Below, in pieces: positions 18,284 through 28,867 of a stretch of 64,000 nucleotides of DNA. The number at the start of each line of letters is the position of its first letter. The stretch's first letter is position 1. The stretch comes from Hyphomicrobium sp. Lineage in GTDB: Bacteria > Pseudomonadota > Alphaproteobacteria > Rhizobiales > Hyphomicrobiaceae. Location: positions 87,991-151,990 of the forward strand of contig JAIEMV010000001.1 in NCBI GenBank assembly GCA_019751875.1. The letters are read 5' to 3'. A program made the translations under genes and the position numbers. The notes under the pieces are model-generated. The model was given only the letters and a program-made list of their open reading frames with translations. It did not search any database and was not told the origin of the DNA.

Positions 18284-19645
18284 TTGCCCGAGAGAACCGA
18301 CCCATTGGCCGCTCAAGAACCTGCTGCAGTCGCGCCCGCAATCGTCGCCGCACATACTTGGCCCGAAGGCGTGACGCCGACGGCTGAGTATGAAGCGGCG
18401 CTCGCCTATTTGCGTGAATCCGGCGGCCATCTGTTCATCACTGGTCGCGCCGGATCGGGGAAGTCGACGCTGCTGCGCTGTATCCGCGATCTTATCCCTG
18501 ACAACATGGTCGTGTTGGCGCCCACAGGGCTCGCTGGTGTGAACGTGGGCGGCCAGACCATCCATTCATTTTTCGGCCTGCCGCCGCGCCTGATCAAGCC
18601 AGACGATATCCGCCGCAGCCGCAACGGCCAGGTGATGCGCAAGCTCAAATTCCTCGTCATTGATGAGGTATCGATGGTGCGATCGGACCTGATGTGGGCG
18701 ATGGACATGTCGCTGCGGATCAACCGGGGGCGGCCGCGCGAGCCATTCGGCGGCCTGCGGCTTGTGATGTTCGGGGACCTGCATCAGTTGCCGCCTGTTG
18801 TGCAGGAGGCGGAGGTGGCCCAATTCCTCGAAAGTGAGCATGGCGGGCCGTTTTTCTTTTCGGCCTCGGGGCTGCGCGAGGGGCAGGGCACGATGCTGCT
18901 GGAATTGAACCAGGTCTTCCGTCAGAGCGATGAGGGTCTCATCCGGGTCTTGAACCGGGTTCGCGAAGGCGAGGTGGAGGAAGACGACTTGACGCTTCTC
19001 AACGCGTGTGTGCGACCCGTGCGAACCCTGGGTGAAGGCGATGCTTACGTGATTCTGACGCCGACGAACGCGGCCGCCCAGCGCATCAACATGGCCTATC
19101 TCGATGCGCTCCCTGGGAAGACCTACTCGTACGAGGCTGGCGTCAGCGGGGAATTCAACCCGAACGCGCACCCTACGGATTCTATGCTGCAGTTAAAGCC
19201 GGGAGCAAAGGTCATTCTGCTCCGCAACGACCCGGATCGTCGGTGGGTGAACGGTACCGTGGCACGGATTTCGCGGCTCACCGAAAAACAGGTTTGGGTT
19301 GAAGTGAACGGCAAGGAGTTCGAGATCGAGCCGGCGGCGTGGGAGAGCCGCCGTTACGCGTACGACAGTGCGCAGGAAAAAATCGTCGAGTCCGTCGCTG
19401 GGACGTTCAAGCAGTTTCCATTGCGCCTCGCCTGGGCGCTGACGATCCACAAGGCGCAGGGGCTGACGCTGGACAAAGTCTATATTGATCTGGGTCGTGG
19501 AACTTTTGCGCATGGTCAGGCTTATGTGGCTCTGTCGCGCTGTCGATCGCTGGAAGGGCTTGCATTGGCGCGTCCACTGAGGCCCGCCGACATCTTGTTC
19601 GATCCCGCCGCAATGGGTTACCGGAATCATTTTCCGGCTCTATAG
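18284..19645 (+). CDS. Pif1/RecD-like SF1B DNA helicase (stand-alone)
   Basis: Walker A GRAGSGKST, motif Ia VLAPTGLAGVNVGGQTIHSFF, motif II LVIDEVSMV, Pif1-type motif III FGDLHQLPPV, and C-terminal LTIHKAQGLTLD...GQAYVALSR. The only in-frame start before Walker A is the TTG at 18284. Confidence 0.8.
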   Translation: MPERTDPLAAQEPAAVAPAIVAAHTWPEGVTPTAEYEAALAYLRESGGHLFITGRAGSGKSTLLRCIRDLIPDNMVVLAPTGLAGVNVGGQTIHSFFGLPPRLIKPDDIRRSRNGQVMRKLKFLVIDEVSMVRSDLMWAMDMSLRINRGRPREPFGGLRLVMFGDLHQLPPVVQEAEVAQFLESEHGGPFFFSASGLREGQGTMLLELNQVFRQSDEGLIRVLNRVREGEVEEDDLTLLNACVRPVRTLGEGDAYVILTPTNAAAQRINMAYLDALPGKTYSYEAGVSGEFNPNAHPTDSMLQLKPGAKVILLRNDPDRRWVNGTVARISRLTEKQVWVEVNGKEFEIEPAAWESRRYAYDSAQEKIVESVAGTFKQFPLRLAWALTIHKAQGLTLDKVYIDLGRGTFAHGQAYVALSRCRSLEGLALARPLRPADILFDPAAMGYRNHFPAL

Positions 19646-19770
19646 ATCGCCGGCAAAAATGCCGCGCAAGCACTTGATTCCGATCAAGTATTTTGCGCTG
19701 CAATAGCGCTTTATTGCCCATAGTATCAATTACATAGATAATGCTCCGGAGTGATGCGACCTATTGGATG

Positions 19771-19798
19771 TTGCATTGCACAAAATCGCTGCTATATT
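19771..19798 (+). promoter_or_regulatory. Sigma70-like promoter candidate for the phasin gene, with a TGC-N3-GCA dyad overlapping the -35
   Basis: -35 TTGCAT at 19771-19776, a 16-nt spacer, and -10 TATATT at 19793-19798. TGCATTGCA sits at 19772-19780. A second dyad, GCGCT-N5-AGCGC, is at 19695-19709. Confidence 0.4.
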
Positions 19799-19930
19799 TC
19801 CACAGCGAGCCGGGCATTCGGCTCCCGACATTCCATTGCTCCGGCGGCGCGACCGCCTTCTAGCGGTGGCTCCGCGTGCATGCCCCAAAAAAGTTTGTGT
19901 CAAAGCTCATTCTCAGAAGGATCAAGTCCC

Positions 19931-20386
19931 ATGAACGACCAGTTCACGCGCCAGGCTCAGGAAATGTTCGCCGCCGCCAAGGATGCGCGCATTCCGGAAA
20001 ATATTCAGGCGATCGCCGAAGACGGCGTTGCCAAGACCCGCGAAGCTTTCGACAAGCTTCAGTCGGTGTCCAAGGATGGCGTGAAGACCATGGAGAACGT
20101 GGTGCTGACGGCCCAGGCCGGCGCCCGCACAATCGGTGAGAAGGTTCTTCGCAACGTCGAGGTCAACACTGAAGCCGCGTTCGACGCCGCTGAAGCCATC
20201 GCCAAGGCCAAGACGGTTCCGGAAGTTCTCAAGCTGCAGACGAGCTATGTTCAGCAGCAACTGACGGCTTCGGCAAACCAGACCAAAGAACTCTTCGAGC
20301 TTTCGGCTAAGATCGCCCAGCAGACGTTCGAAACGATGAACGCCGCCGCTGCCAAGACCTTCGAACAGATGAAGAAGTCGGCCTAA
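19931..20386 (+). CDS. phaP: Phasin (PHA granule-associated protein, Phasin_2 type)
   Basis: 151-aa all-helical Ala/Gln/Lys-rich protein MNDQFTRQAQEMFAAAKDARIPENIQAIAEDGVAKTREAFDKL...TVPEVLKLQTSYVQQQ, typical of alphaproteobacterial phasins. Confidence 0.85.
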   Translation: MNDQFTRQAQEMFAAAKDARIPENIQAIAEDGVAKTREAFDKLQSVSKDGVKTMENVVLTAQAGARTIGEKVLRNVEVNTEAAFDAAEAIAKAKTVPEVLKLQTSYVQQQLTASANQTKELFELSAKIAQQTFETMNAAAAKTFEQMKKSA

Positions 20387-20415
20387 TTTACGGCTTCGGT
20401 ACTTCAAACTCTACG

Positions 20416-20447
20416 GAAAAGCCCGGGACCCACGTCTCGGGCTTTTC
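20416..20447. terminator. Hairpin terminator after the phasin gene
   Basis: GAAAAGCCCGGGAC-N4-GTCTCGGGCTTTTC. The stem has one G-U pair, and the A and U tracts are built into the stem. Confidence 0.6.
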
Positions 20448-20560
20448 TCATTGTGGAATGGAGTTTCAAAGCGGCTGTTGCTGCATTTGTGCGCTACTTT
20501 GGCATGGAATTCGCTACACTCACTGCCGGTCATCATGGCCGGTGTGAACGGAGTCCGGTG

Positions 20561-21070
20561 ATGTTGGGTTGGCGTTCGGATGTGCTCGTGAGGCCTGCGA
20601 AGGCTGGCGATGCTTCGCCGTTGGTGAAGGTCTTCGCTGAGTCGTGGCGCGGTGCCTACGCAGGGGTCATTCCGCAGAAAAACCTGGACGGTATCATCCA
20701 GCGACGGACGAAGGCGTGGTGGACGGCTGCTATTCGCGGCGGAGATGGTCTGCTCGTCGTTGAGCACGCGGGTGCGATTGCCGGATACGCGACTTACGGC
20801 GCGGCGCGGGGACGCGGCCGGCAGCAGGGCGAGATCTACGAACTCTACATCGCGCCAATCTACCAGGGGGTGGGACTTGGCGAGCATCTGTTCGAGGCAT
20901 GCCGGGCGCGTCTGGACGGTCGTGGATTGCGCGGGCTTGTGGTCTGGGCGCTGGCGGAAAATGCGGCGGCCAGTGACTTCTACTGGCGCCGGGGCGGTCG
21001 GCCGTTCAACACAATCCGCGAGGGGTTTGGGAATACCCAACTAGAGAAAGTGGGATTTTGCTGGGCCTGA
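20561..21070 (+). CDS. GNAT family N-acetyltransferase
   Basis: Acetyl-CoA motif A, IAPIYQGVGLGEHLFEAC (Q/R-x-x-G-x-G/A). 169 aa from the ATG at 20561; the ORF track extends to 20453. Confidence 0.8.
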   Translation: MLGWRSDVLVRPAKAGDASPLVKVFAESWRGAYAGVIPQKNLDGIIQRRTKAWWTAAIRGGDGLLVVEHAGAIAGYATYGAARGRGRQQGEIYELYIAPIYQGVGLGEHLFEACRARLDGRGLRGLVVWALAENAAASDFYWRRGGRPFNTIREGFGNTQLEKVGFCWA

Positions 21071-21260
21071 GAGGCCACGTCCGGCTGCGCGCGGTTCGTC
21101 AACGGCTTCGCTCTTTGGGCGGATGACGATTAATTGTGGTCCCGGCTGACCGTTCGACCTTCGGCGGCTATCTTTTCGTCCTCTGCCTGGGGCAAACTCC
21201 GGCCGCAACTGATCAAAACCAGCTTTCAAAATCTCAACGAACAAAAAACGGGGCTACTCG

Positions 21261-21794
21261 ATGCGCATCGAAGCTATTCCAGTGGGAAAGAACCCGCCGG
21301 ACGACATCAACGTCATCATTGAAGTTCCCGTTGGGGGTGAACCGATCAAGTACGAAATGGATAAGGCATCGGGCACTCTTTTTGTGGACCGCTTCCTCTA
21401 CACGCCCATGCGCTATCCCGGGAACTATGGCTTCGTCCCCCATACCCTGTCAGCCGATGGCGATCCCATCGATGTTCTCGTGTCCAATACCCGCGCAATT
21501 GTGCCGGGAGCAGTGATCAATTGCCGGCCTATCGGTGTCCTCGTGATGGAAGATGACGGTGGCGGGGACGAGAAAATCATTGCGGTGCCCAGCGACGCAC
21601 TCACCAAGCGATATAGCAAGGTTAAGAACTACTCGGATCTGCCGTCGATTTCGACGGAGCAGATCGAGCATTTCTTCGCCCATTACAAGGATTTGGAGCC
21701 CAATAAGTGGGTCAAGATCCATCACTGGGGCGACGCCGCCGAGGCGGCTCGCCTGATCCGCGAGTCCGTAGACCGGTTCGCTGCCAAGTCGTGA
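21261..21794 (+). CDS. ppa: Inorganic pyrophosphatase (family I)
   Basis: [43 protein letters not shown]. 177 aa. Confidence 0.95.
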   Translation: MRIEAIPVGKNPPDDINVIIEVPVGGEPIKYEMDKASGTLFVDRFLYTPMRYPGNYGFVPHTLSADGDPIDVLVSNTRAIVPGAVINCRPIGVLVMEDDGGGDEKIIAVPSDALTKRYSKVKNYSDLPSISTEQIEHFFAHYKDLEPNKWVKIHHWGDAAEAARLIRESVDRFAAKS

Positions 21795-22010
21795 GCGGCT
21801 GACCGGGACCCAATTGGCGTTCATCGGTATGTCCGGCGCTTGGGCGGGCGTCGACCCGTTCCGCTTGTCGCGAAGACGCCGGCAAAAAGGGATGAGGCGC
21901 TTCAGGCGACCGAGGAACCTGCGGATGTTCGCCTTGACGCACTTCCCGCTCAGGGTGGCCGTTGCTATACCCCCGGCCAACCGACTGAGCGGAGGCCGGC
22001 AGTGCCAGAG

Positions 22011-22808
22011 ATGAAGATCGCCGTGATGGGTGCCGCCGGCCGTATGGGCCGGGAACTCATCCGCGCCATTGCGGCTGATCCCGGCTGCCAGTTGTCCGGC
22101 GGGACCGAAGCCCCGGGCAGCCCTGATATGGGACGCGACCTGGGGGAATTGGCGGGCCTCGGGGCCAACGGAATCCAGGTGACCGAGGACGCCCTCGATC
22201 TGATCGCTCGGTCGGACGCGATCATTGATTTTACATCGCCCAAAGCTACGGCCGTTTTTGCGGGGCTGGCGGCCAACGGGCGCATCGTTCATGTGATCGG
22301 CACAACAGGTCTCGACGCCGCGTCGGAGGCGGCCATCACCGCGGCTGCACGCCACGCGACAATCATCAAGTCTGGCAATATGAGCTTGGGCGTCAATCTC
22401 GCTGCTGCGCTGACCGAGCGCGTGGCGGCCGTTCTCGATCCAGACTGGGATATTGAAATCGTCGAGATGCATCACAAGCACAAGGTCGACGCGCCTTCGG
22501 GTACGGCACTGATGCTGGGAAAGGCTGCCGCAAAAGGGCGCGGTGTGGATTTGACGTCGGCGTCGGTGCGCGTTCGCGACGGGCATACCGGCGCGCGGCG
22601 GCGGGGCGACATCGGTTTTGCGACATTGCGTGGAGGTAGCGTTATTGGCGACCACACCGTCATTTTTGCCGGCGAAGGAGAAGAGATCTCGATTCGGCAC
22701 CATGCTTCTGACCGCAGCATCTTCGCCCGTGGCGCCGTGAAGGCCGCGCTGTGGGGCCGCGGCAAGGGCCCTGGGCTCTTCTCCATGACCGATGTCCTAG
22801 GTTTGTGA
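22011..22808 (+). CDS. dapB: 4-hydroxy-tetrahydrodipicolinate reductase
   Basis: [19 protein letters not shown]..., [19 protein letters not shown]. 265 aa. Confidence 0.95.
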   Translation: MKIAVMGAAGRMGRELIRAIAADPGCQLSGGTEAPGSPDMGRDLGELAGLGANGIQVTEDALDLIARSDAIIDFTSPKATAVFAGLAANGRIVHVIGTTGLDAASEAAITAAARHATIIKSGNMSLGVNLAAALTERVAAVLDPDWDIEIVEMHHKHKVDAPSGTALMLGKAAAKGRGVDLTSASVRVRDGHTGARRRGDIGFATLRGGSVIGDHTVIFAGEGEEISIRHHASDRSIFARGAVKAALWGRGKGPGLFSMTDVLGL

Positions 22809-22825
22809 GGGCGGCACAAACGAGG

Positions 22826-23509
22826 ATGCAGAGACACCAGCCCCAACACGATCACGGTCCATCGCCCCGGACGCTGGTTCTCGTCCGCCATGGCCAGAGT
22901 GAATGGAACAGGCTGAACCTGTTTACCGGATGGCGCGATCCTGACCTGACGGAAAAGGGCGTGATTGAGGCCCGTTGGGCAGGCCGCGTTTTGCGTGACG
23001 CCGGACTGACGTTCGACCAAGCCTTCACCAGCAAACTGCGGCGTGCGCAGAACACACTCGACATCATCCTCGACGTGATGGGTCAAGCCGGCGTCCCGAC
23101 CGAGCGTCACGAAGCGCTGAACGAACGCGATTACGGCCAGCTTTCGGGCCTTAACAAGGATGAAGCAAAGCAACGCTTCGGTGAAGACATGGTGGCGCGC
23201 TGGCGGCGCAGCTACGACGTTCCGCCGCCGGGCGGTGAAAGCCTGAAAGACACCGCCGCACGCGTGCTGCCTTATTATGAGGAGCACATCTGGCCGATCG
23301 TGAAAGCCGGGAAATCGGTCATCGTCGCGGCGCACGGAAATTCACTGCGCGCGCTCATCATGCGCCTGGAGGGTCTGACCGGCGAGGAGATCATCGCTCG
23401 TGAATTGGCGACGGCCGCGCCCATCGTCTATCAACTCGATGCTGGGGGCGGTGTAGTCAGCCGCGCCGATCTCGTCACTGCCAAGGGAGGTGACGATGGT
23501 ATGGGATGA
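22826..23509 (+). CDS. gpmA: 2,3-bisphosphoglycerate-dependent phosphoglycerate mutase
   Basis: [22 protein letters not shown] (RHG catalytic His) and [14 protein letters not shown]. The start at the first ATG gives a 15-aa N-terminal extension. Confidence 0.9.
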   Translation: MQRHQPQHDHGPSPRTLVLVRHGQSEWNRLNLFTGWRDPDLTEKGVIEARWAGRVLRDAGLTFDQAFTSKLRRAQNTLDIILDVMGQAGVPTERHEALNERDYGQLSGLNKDEAKQRFGEDMVARWRRSYDVPPPGGESLKDTAARVLPYYEEHIWPIVKAGKSVIVAAHGNSLRALIMRLEGLTGEEIIARELATAAPIVYQLDAGGGVVSRADLVTAKGGDDGMG

Positions 23510-24107
23510 ACTGACGCGCGATGCCGAGAGCGACAATATTCGCGACCGCGACAGGTGGATCGGCGTTTACATCGGCGTGCTCGCCGTGCTGCTCGCGATC
23601 TGTTCGATGGGCGGGGGAAACGCGGCCAAGGACGCCACCCTCAAGAACATCGAAGCCGCTAATACGTGGGCCTTCTTCCAGGCAAAGAACATGCGTCGAC
23701 ACGTTCTACGCGTGGAAGCGGACGACCTCGCACTTCGGCTGATGGCGGAACCGGATCTGACGGCGGACGGCCGTACGGCTATCGAGGCCAAGATCGCCGA
23801 CTACAAAAAGCAAGATGAAGCCCTCACGATCGGCGATACCGCCAAGCCTGTGGAACAACGGGAGGGGCTCGACCAGCTTTTCGAAAAGGGCAAGCGACTC
23901 GAGGCGGAGCGCGATCTCGCCATGCGCAAAGACCCCTACTTCGACTATGGCGAGGCGCTGCTGCAAATCGCGATCGTGCTGGCCTCGATCGCCATCATTA
24001 CCAAAGGATCGTTTCTGCTTGCCGTCAGCGGCGCATTGGCTATCGGCGGCGCCCTGCTGACATTCAATGGTTTCACTCTTGCGTTGGCTGTTCCGGGTCT
24101 GGGCTGA
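23496..24107 (+). CDS. DUF4337-like membrane protein
   Basis: An N-terminal TM helix ([20 protein letters not shown]), a long helical region and two C-terminal TM helices. AAGGGAGG SD lies 5 nt before the ATG at 23496. Overlaps the gpmA 3' end by 14 nt. Confidence 0.7.
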   Translation: MVWDELTRDAESDNIRDRDRWIGVYIGVLAVLLAICSMGGGNAAKDATLKNIEAANTWAFFQAKNMRRHVLRVEADDLALRLMAEPDLTADGRTAIEAKIADYKKQDEALTIGDTAKPVEQREGLDQLFEKGKRLEAERDLAMRKDPYFDYGEALLQIAIVLASIAIITKGSFLLAVSGALAIGGALLTFNGFTLALAVPGLG

Positions 24108-24248
24108 CGCTGGCGTCGATAAACTGGTGAGACCTGCGACGACCCGGCGAGCCAACCAAACCTTGCGGCGCGGGCGCTCACCCGTTAGCAGTGGGGCCGC
24201 AATCATAAGACAACTTCATCCAAGAAGCGCTGACGACGGAACCCTTCC

Positions 24249-25364
24249 ATGGCCACCAAGTCCCTCCTTCTACTTCCCGGCGACGGCATCGGCGTCGAGA
24301 CCATGGCCGAGGTGGAGCGGCTGATTTCGTTCTTCAACTCGCGCAAGAACGGCATCACATTCCAGACGGAGAGCGATCTCGTCGGTGGCGCGGCTTATGA
24401 CGCACACGGCGTCGCCGTGACGGACGCGTGCGTCGCCAAAGCGAAGTCGGCGGATGCCGTCATCTTTGGTGCGGTCGGCGGACCAAAGTGGGCGGGGGTG
24501 CCTTATGAAGCGCGCCCTGAGGCTGGTCTCTTGCGTCTGCGCAAGGACCTCGGACTGTTTGCCAACCTGCGTCCAGCCATCTGTTATCCGGCGCTTGCGG
24601 ATGCATCGTCTCTGAAGCGCGAACTCGTCGAAGGTCTCGACATCATGATCGTGCGGGAGCTGACCGGCGGCGTCTATTTCGGTGAACCGAAGGAAATCGT
24701 GACGCTCGAGAACGGCGAGAAGCGTGCGGTGGATACGCAGCTGTACACAACACATGAGATCGAGCGGATCGCGAAGGTCGCCTTCGATCTCGCCCGTAAG
24801 CGAGGCAACAAGGTCCACTCGGCCGAAAAGCACAACGTGATGCGGACCGGCGTGCTGTGGAAGGACGTGGTGACGGCGGTGCACAAGGCATACGCGCCGG
24901 ACGTTCAGCTGGAACACATCCTGGCCGACAATTGCGCCATGCAGCTGGTGCGCAATCCGAAGCAGTTTGACGTGATCGTCACCGACAACTTGTTTGGAGA
25001 CGTGCTGTCGGACGAAGCGGCCATGTGTACCGGATCGCTCGGCATGTTGCCGTCTGCCTCGCTCGGTGCGCCAGACGCCAAAACTGGCAAACGCATGTCG
25101 CTTTACGAGCCCGTCCACGGGTCGGCGCCCGATATTGCAGGCAAGGGGCTCGCAAACCCGATTGCCACTGTGGCGTCTTTTGGGATGGCGCTGCGTTATT
25201 CGCTCGACATGGTGGCGGAAGCCGACATCGTCGACAAAGCAATCGCTGAGGTGCTCGCGAGCGGCTTGCGTACCGGCGACATCATGCAACCGGGCATGAC
25301 GAAGGTCGGGACGACGGAAATGGGCAAAGCGATCGTCGATGAAGTCGCCAAGCTCGTTGCGTAG
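24249..25364 (+). CDS. leuB: 3-isopropylmalate dehydrogenase
   Basis: [59 protein letters not shown]. 371 aa. Confidence 0.95.
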   Translation: MATKSLLLLPGDGIGVETMAEVERLISFFNSRKNGITFQTESDLVGGAAYDAHGVAVTDACVAKAKSADAVIFGAVGGPKWAGVPYEARPEAGLLRLRKDLGLFANLRPAICYPALADASSLKRELVEGLDIMIVRELTGGVYFGEPKEIVTLENGEKRAVDTQLYTTHEIERIAKVAFDLARKRGNKVHSAEKHNVMRTGVLWKDVVTAVHKAYAPDVQLEHILADNCAMQLVRNPKQFDVIVTDNLFGDVLSDEAAMCTGSLGMLPSASLGAPDAKTGKRMSLYEPVHGSAPDIAGKGLANPIATVASFGMALRYSLDMVAEADIVDKAIAEVLASGLRTGDIMQPGMTKVGTTEMGKAIVDEVAKLVA

Positions 25365-25373
25365 TTTGCGCTG

Positions 25374-25856
25374 CTAAGGTTTCAACTCGTCGTCGTTTAC
25401 AGGCTCAACGGCGTCGCCGATCGCGATCGTGGCGCCTTGAATGATACGTGCCGTGAGACCGCCACGTCCGCGTACCGCATTGTAGCCGCCAGGGCCGAAC
25501 TCATCCTCCATCCGGCTGCACGGAGCGCATTCGCCTGACGCCTCGAGTAGAGCGCTGCCAATGCGGAAGCGACGCCGTTTGAGAGCCACGAGATTGATGC
25601 CTGTCGTCACGAGGTTGCGGCGGAGTTGATCGGGCCTCACGCGCTCGACCCTCAAGAAGGATGCGATCGCAGCAAGATCTTCCGATGCCATCAGCGTTAC
25701 CTGACGTGCGCCGTTGGCGCTGGTCTGATAGTGATCGCCCGCGATGCCCTTGCCGGCAATCAATGATACGGACGGGGCGGCGATCAGTGGCGCCCGGCGT
25801 TCAGGTCTCAATCCGATCCAGATTATTTTTCCGGCTTGGACGGGGGCGAGGATCAA
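25374..25856 (-). CDS. MOSC domain protein
   Basis: GIAGDHY...RQVTLMASEDL...RRNLVTTGINL...SGECAPCSRME has the conserved MOSC Cys. There is no ATG at the N-terminus, so the start is tentatively the TTG at 25856; the ORF stays open to 26069. Confidence 0.65.
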   Translation of the reverse strand: MILAPVQAGKIIWIGLRPERRAPLIAAPSVSLIAGKGIAGDHYQTSANGARQVTLMASEDLAAIASFLRVERVRPDQLRRNLVTTGINLVALKRRRFRIGSALLEASGECAPCSRMEDEFGPGGYNAVRGRGGLTARIIQGATIAIGDAVEPVNDDELKP

Positions 25857-25993
25857 TGCCCCGAGTAGAGATTGTTCGTTCGGCGGGTTTGCCAACGGGC
25901 ACCTCTGTTTCAACCCCGGGCAGGCGGGTGTGCAGGACCTGTTTGGACATCGCAGACTTTCTCGCCGGACGCACCTCGCATCGGCCGCGAGGC

Positions 25994-26287
25994 TCACGAA
26001 GTCCCGGGGGTCTGCGTTCGAGCGGGCGGTGCCGGCGGCTGGACGCGCTTCGACTGCTCGTCCATCCATGGCGTGGCCTCGTCCGACAAGGCGCCGTTCA
26101 CGCTTGCCGCTGCATGGGAGAGTGCCTGAGCACAGACGCTGCCTTCCCGCGTGCAGGCTTCAACGGCTGCGTTCTTGATCGCAAGGAGGCCGCGGCCCAT
26201 CTCGGCCTGCTGGTCCGGCGTCGCCGTCACCACGGCATAGGCGAGAAATCCGATGAGTGCGAACTTGTAGAGCCTGGGCATACGCAT
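25994..26287 (-). CDS. Hypothetical small exported or membrane-anchored protein
   Basis: 97 aa with an N-terminal hydrophobic segment (LYKFALIGFLAYAVVTA), two Cys and a Pro-rich tail. GC3 is high, consistent with coding. Confidence 0.5.
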   Translation of the reverse strand: MRMPRLYKFALIGFLAYAVVTATPDQQAEMGRGLLAIKNAAVEACTREGSVCAQALSHAAASVNGALSDEATPWMDEQSKRVQPPAPPARTQTPGTS

Positions 26288-26378
26288 GCCTCTGGAACAG
26301 AAGCGGAACTGCCGGACGTTCCCATGCCGGCAGTTAATGGAGCGTTAACGACGGCGGAGAACGGGCTGCGGTGCACGC

Positions 26379-26813
26379 TTAGACGCTTTCATCGTCGATG
26401 CAGGTTCTCGGCTTCTCGGGGAACCAACCACGCGCGGTCCAGTCGGGTGTGCGTGGATTCTTTTCGGCTTCGTCGACCGTCCGGGCGACAAAGTGAAATT
26501 CGAAACAGTTCTCGCTTGCTTGGCGAACGCGATAGCAGCCGCCCGATGGGTCGCCGTCGTAGATGGTGCAGAACGACGCGGCACGCACCGACCATCTGCC
26601 GCCCGATTCTCGAAGTGCATCGCGATAGGAGACGGCGCCGTCGGCGGCGTAGGTTTCCTGGAACGTCTCGCCGTTCTCATACTCGCCGACGATGCTTCGG
26701 CCGCTGAAAGTGGCTGTCAATTCGGTGTTTGACATCCAGACGGGTTTCACGGCGGCAGGAACAGTTGCCGCAACCAGAAGTCCGCCGACCAAGCCCAACA
26801 TCCAAACTCGCAT
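26379..26813 (-). CDS. Hypothetical secreted protein (4 Cys; possibly DUF995-like)
   Basis: Signal peptide MRVWMLGLVGGLLVAATVPAAV. The mature part has repeated G-x-W/Y and Cys positions. The family assignment is from memory only. Confidence 0.55.
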   Translation of the reverse strand: MRVWMLGLVGGLLVAATVPAAVKPVWMSNTELTATFSGRSIVGEYENGETFQETYAADGAVSYRDALRESGGRWSVRAASFCTIYDGDPSGGCYRVRQASENCFEFHFVARTVDEAEKNPRTPDWTARGWFPEKPRTCIDDESV

Positions 26814-27058
26814 TGCCGACGCTCCTCAGATCGTGTGTCAACCTCGACTAGGAGGCGTGCGCGGCCGTCTGATGGCGAGATTACACTTTCGGAGGAAGTG
26901 GACATCACGTGGCTCGACGGGCTTTTGCCAAAGGCCGCGACCCATGTCCGCCTTGAAAGCGCGGGCAAGCCCGCGTAAGGGAACGCTACTTCGAGTCATG
27001 CGCCCTCGCGGCACCCCGAACAGCTTGTTCCAGGGCGGAAAATCAAGGACCTCAGGTC

Positions 27059-28087
27059 ATGGGCTTCAAGATCGCCGTCGTCGGCGCCACCGGCAATGTC
27101 GGCCGGGAAATGATGAATGTGCTCATCGAGCGGCGCTTCCCGGTGAGTGAAGTGCACGCAGTTGCATCGCGCCGGTCGGTGGGCACTGACGTGTCATTCG
27201 GCGACAAGACCATCAAGTGCCAGGATCTGGAAACGTTCGATTTCTCCAAGGTCGACATCTGCCTGATGTCGGCAGGCTCGAGCGTGGCCAAGGAGTGGGC
27301 ACCGAGGATCGGGGCGAAAGGATGCGTGGTGATCGATAACTCGTCATGTTGGCGTTACGATCACGACGTGCCTTTGATCGTCCCTGAAGTGAATGCAGAT
27401 GCGATTCGCGGCTACACGAAAAAGAACATCATTGCGAACCCGAACTGCTCGACGGCGCAACTCGTGGTGGCGCTGAAGCCGCTGCACGACGCGGCAAAAA
27501 TCAACCGGGTCGTGATTTCGACTTATCAGTCGGTTTCCGGCGCCGGCAAGGATGCGATGGACGAGCTTTGGCAGCAGACGAAGTCAAAGTACGTCCCTGG
27601 CACCGAAGTCGAGCCGAAGAAGTTCACAAAGCAGATCGCGTTCAACTGTATTCCTCACATCGACGTCTTCATGGAAGACGGCTACACGAAAGAGGAATGG
27701 AAGATGAATGCCGAGACGAAGAAAATTCTTGATCCGAAAATCAAGGTGACGGCGACGTGCGTGCGCGTACCGGTCTTCGTGGGCCACTCAGAGTCGGTGA
27801 ACATCGAGTTCGAGAACCCGATCAGTGCCGAGGAAGCGCGGGAAATCTTGCGTAATGCACCGGGAATTCTGGTGATCGACAAGCGGGAGCCGGGTGGTTA
27901 TGCGACGCCTGTGGAAGCGGCAGGAGAGTTCTCAACCTATGTCTCGCGCATCCGCGAAGATGGAACCGTAGAAAACGGTTTGGCGCTTTGGATCGTTTCA
28001 GACAACCTGCTGAAGGGCGCAGCGCTCAACGCGGTGCAGATTGCAGAATCGATGCTCGAACAAAATCTGCTGAAGACAGCAGCTTAA
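27059..28087 (+). CDS. asd: Aspartate-semialdehyde dehydrogenase
   Basis: MGFKIAVVGATGNVGREM, NPNCSTAQLVVALKPL (active-site Cys), SGAGK. 342 aa. Confidence 0.95.
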   Translation: MGFKIAVVGATGNVGREMMNVLIERRFPVSEVHAVASRRSVGTDVSFGDKTIKCQDLETFDFSKVDICLMSAGSSVAKEWAPRIGAKGCVVIDNSSCWRYDHDVPLIVPEVNADAIRGYTKKNIIANPNCSTAQLVVALKPLHDAAKINRVVISTYQSVSGAGKDAMDELWQQTKSKYVPGTEVEPKKFTKQIAFNCIPHIDVFMEDGYTKEEWKMNAETKKILDPKIKVTATCVRVPVFVGHSESVNIEFENPISAEEAREILRNAPGILVIDKREPGGYATPVEAAGEFSTYVSRIREDGTVENGLALWIVSDNLLKGAALNAVQIAESMLEQNLLKTAA

Positions 28088-28115
28088 TTCCCTGCAAAGG
28101 CCACGATGAAAAGGC

Positions 28116-28138
28116 AACCGCCGGTCTGACCGGCGGTT
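28116..28138. terminator. Bidirectional hairpin between the convergent asd and marR-type genes
   Basis: AACCGCCGG-TCTGA-CCGGCGGTT, with TTTC on the plus side and CCUUUUCAUC on the minus side. Confidence 0.55.
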
Positions 28139-28166
28139 TCGCTGTACGACACTGATCTGTCGACGA

Positions 28167-28670
28167 TCAGGGCACCGACTTGGGTGGATTGTCTCGAATT
28201 TTTCCAAGTGCCGTGACGATAGTGCTGAGATCCGAAAGGAAACGCTCGCGCTGTCCAGCTGGTATTGCCGAAAGGATGCGTTCGTCCACGCGGCTGACAA
28301 CGGGATCGGCACCACGCAGTGCTTTCCAGCCCTCGTCCGTGAGACGAACGGCATAGGCGCGGGCATCGTCCTTCGTGCGCCGCCGGCTCAGCAGTCCTTT
28401 CTTCAGCATACGTCGGACAATATCCGCCAGAGTGGAGCGGTCGATTCCGGTTCTCTCGACGAGCTGTGTCTGACTGAGCCCTTCATTCTGCGAAACGGTC
28501 AGGAGCACGGCATATTGACGGGGGGTGAGGTCGTCCAACCCCATCTCGGCTTGGAAGATATCTGCCGCACACTGGCCAGCTCGATGCAACTGATGTATCG
28601 GCGAGCGATCGAGCTGATTGGCAGATGCCGGACGTGAGGCTGCTTCTTTGGCCATTGCTTGCACGCTCAT
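28167..28670 (-). CDS. MarR family transcriptional regulator
   Basis: LTPRQYAVLLTVSQNEGLSQTQLVERTGIDRSTLADIVRRMLKKGLLSRRRTKDDARAYAVRLTDEG is a winged HTH. The start could be the ATG at 28670 or at 28655. Confidence 0.85.
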   Translation of the reverse strand: MSVQAMAKEAASRPASANQLDRSPIHQLHRAGQCAADIFQAEMGLDDLTPRQYAVLLTVSQNEGLSQTQLVERTGIDRSTLADIVRRMLKKGLLSRRRTKDDARAYAVRLTDEGWKALRGADPVVSRVDERILSAIPAGQRERFLSDLSTIVTALGKIRDNPPKSVP

Positions 28671-28867
28671 TCTTTTTGTTTTGTGCGTCGCGTGGGTGGA
28701 GGTGGATGTGTCCCCTCCACGATCAAAAAGAATACACTTTTGGCCCACCGTCCATTTTAAAAAGCTGGAACGTGGACACAAAAATTCATGCGCAATCCGG
28801 ACGAAATTAAAGAGCTAAATTGAATGGTGATCAGTTTGAGTGCGGAGCCACAGTTTTGAGCGAGACG

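Noticed and set aside
20561-21070. GNAT acetyltransferase as a TacT/KacT-type toxin.
   Set aside because: There is no small RHH or DUF1778 antitoxin ORF upstream. The preceding 170 nt contain only the phasin terminator and an in-frame ORF extension.
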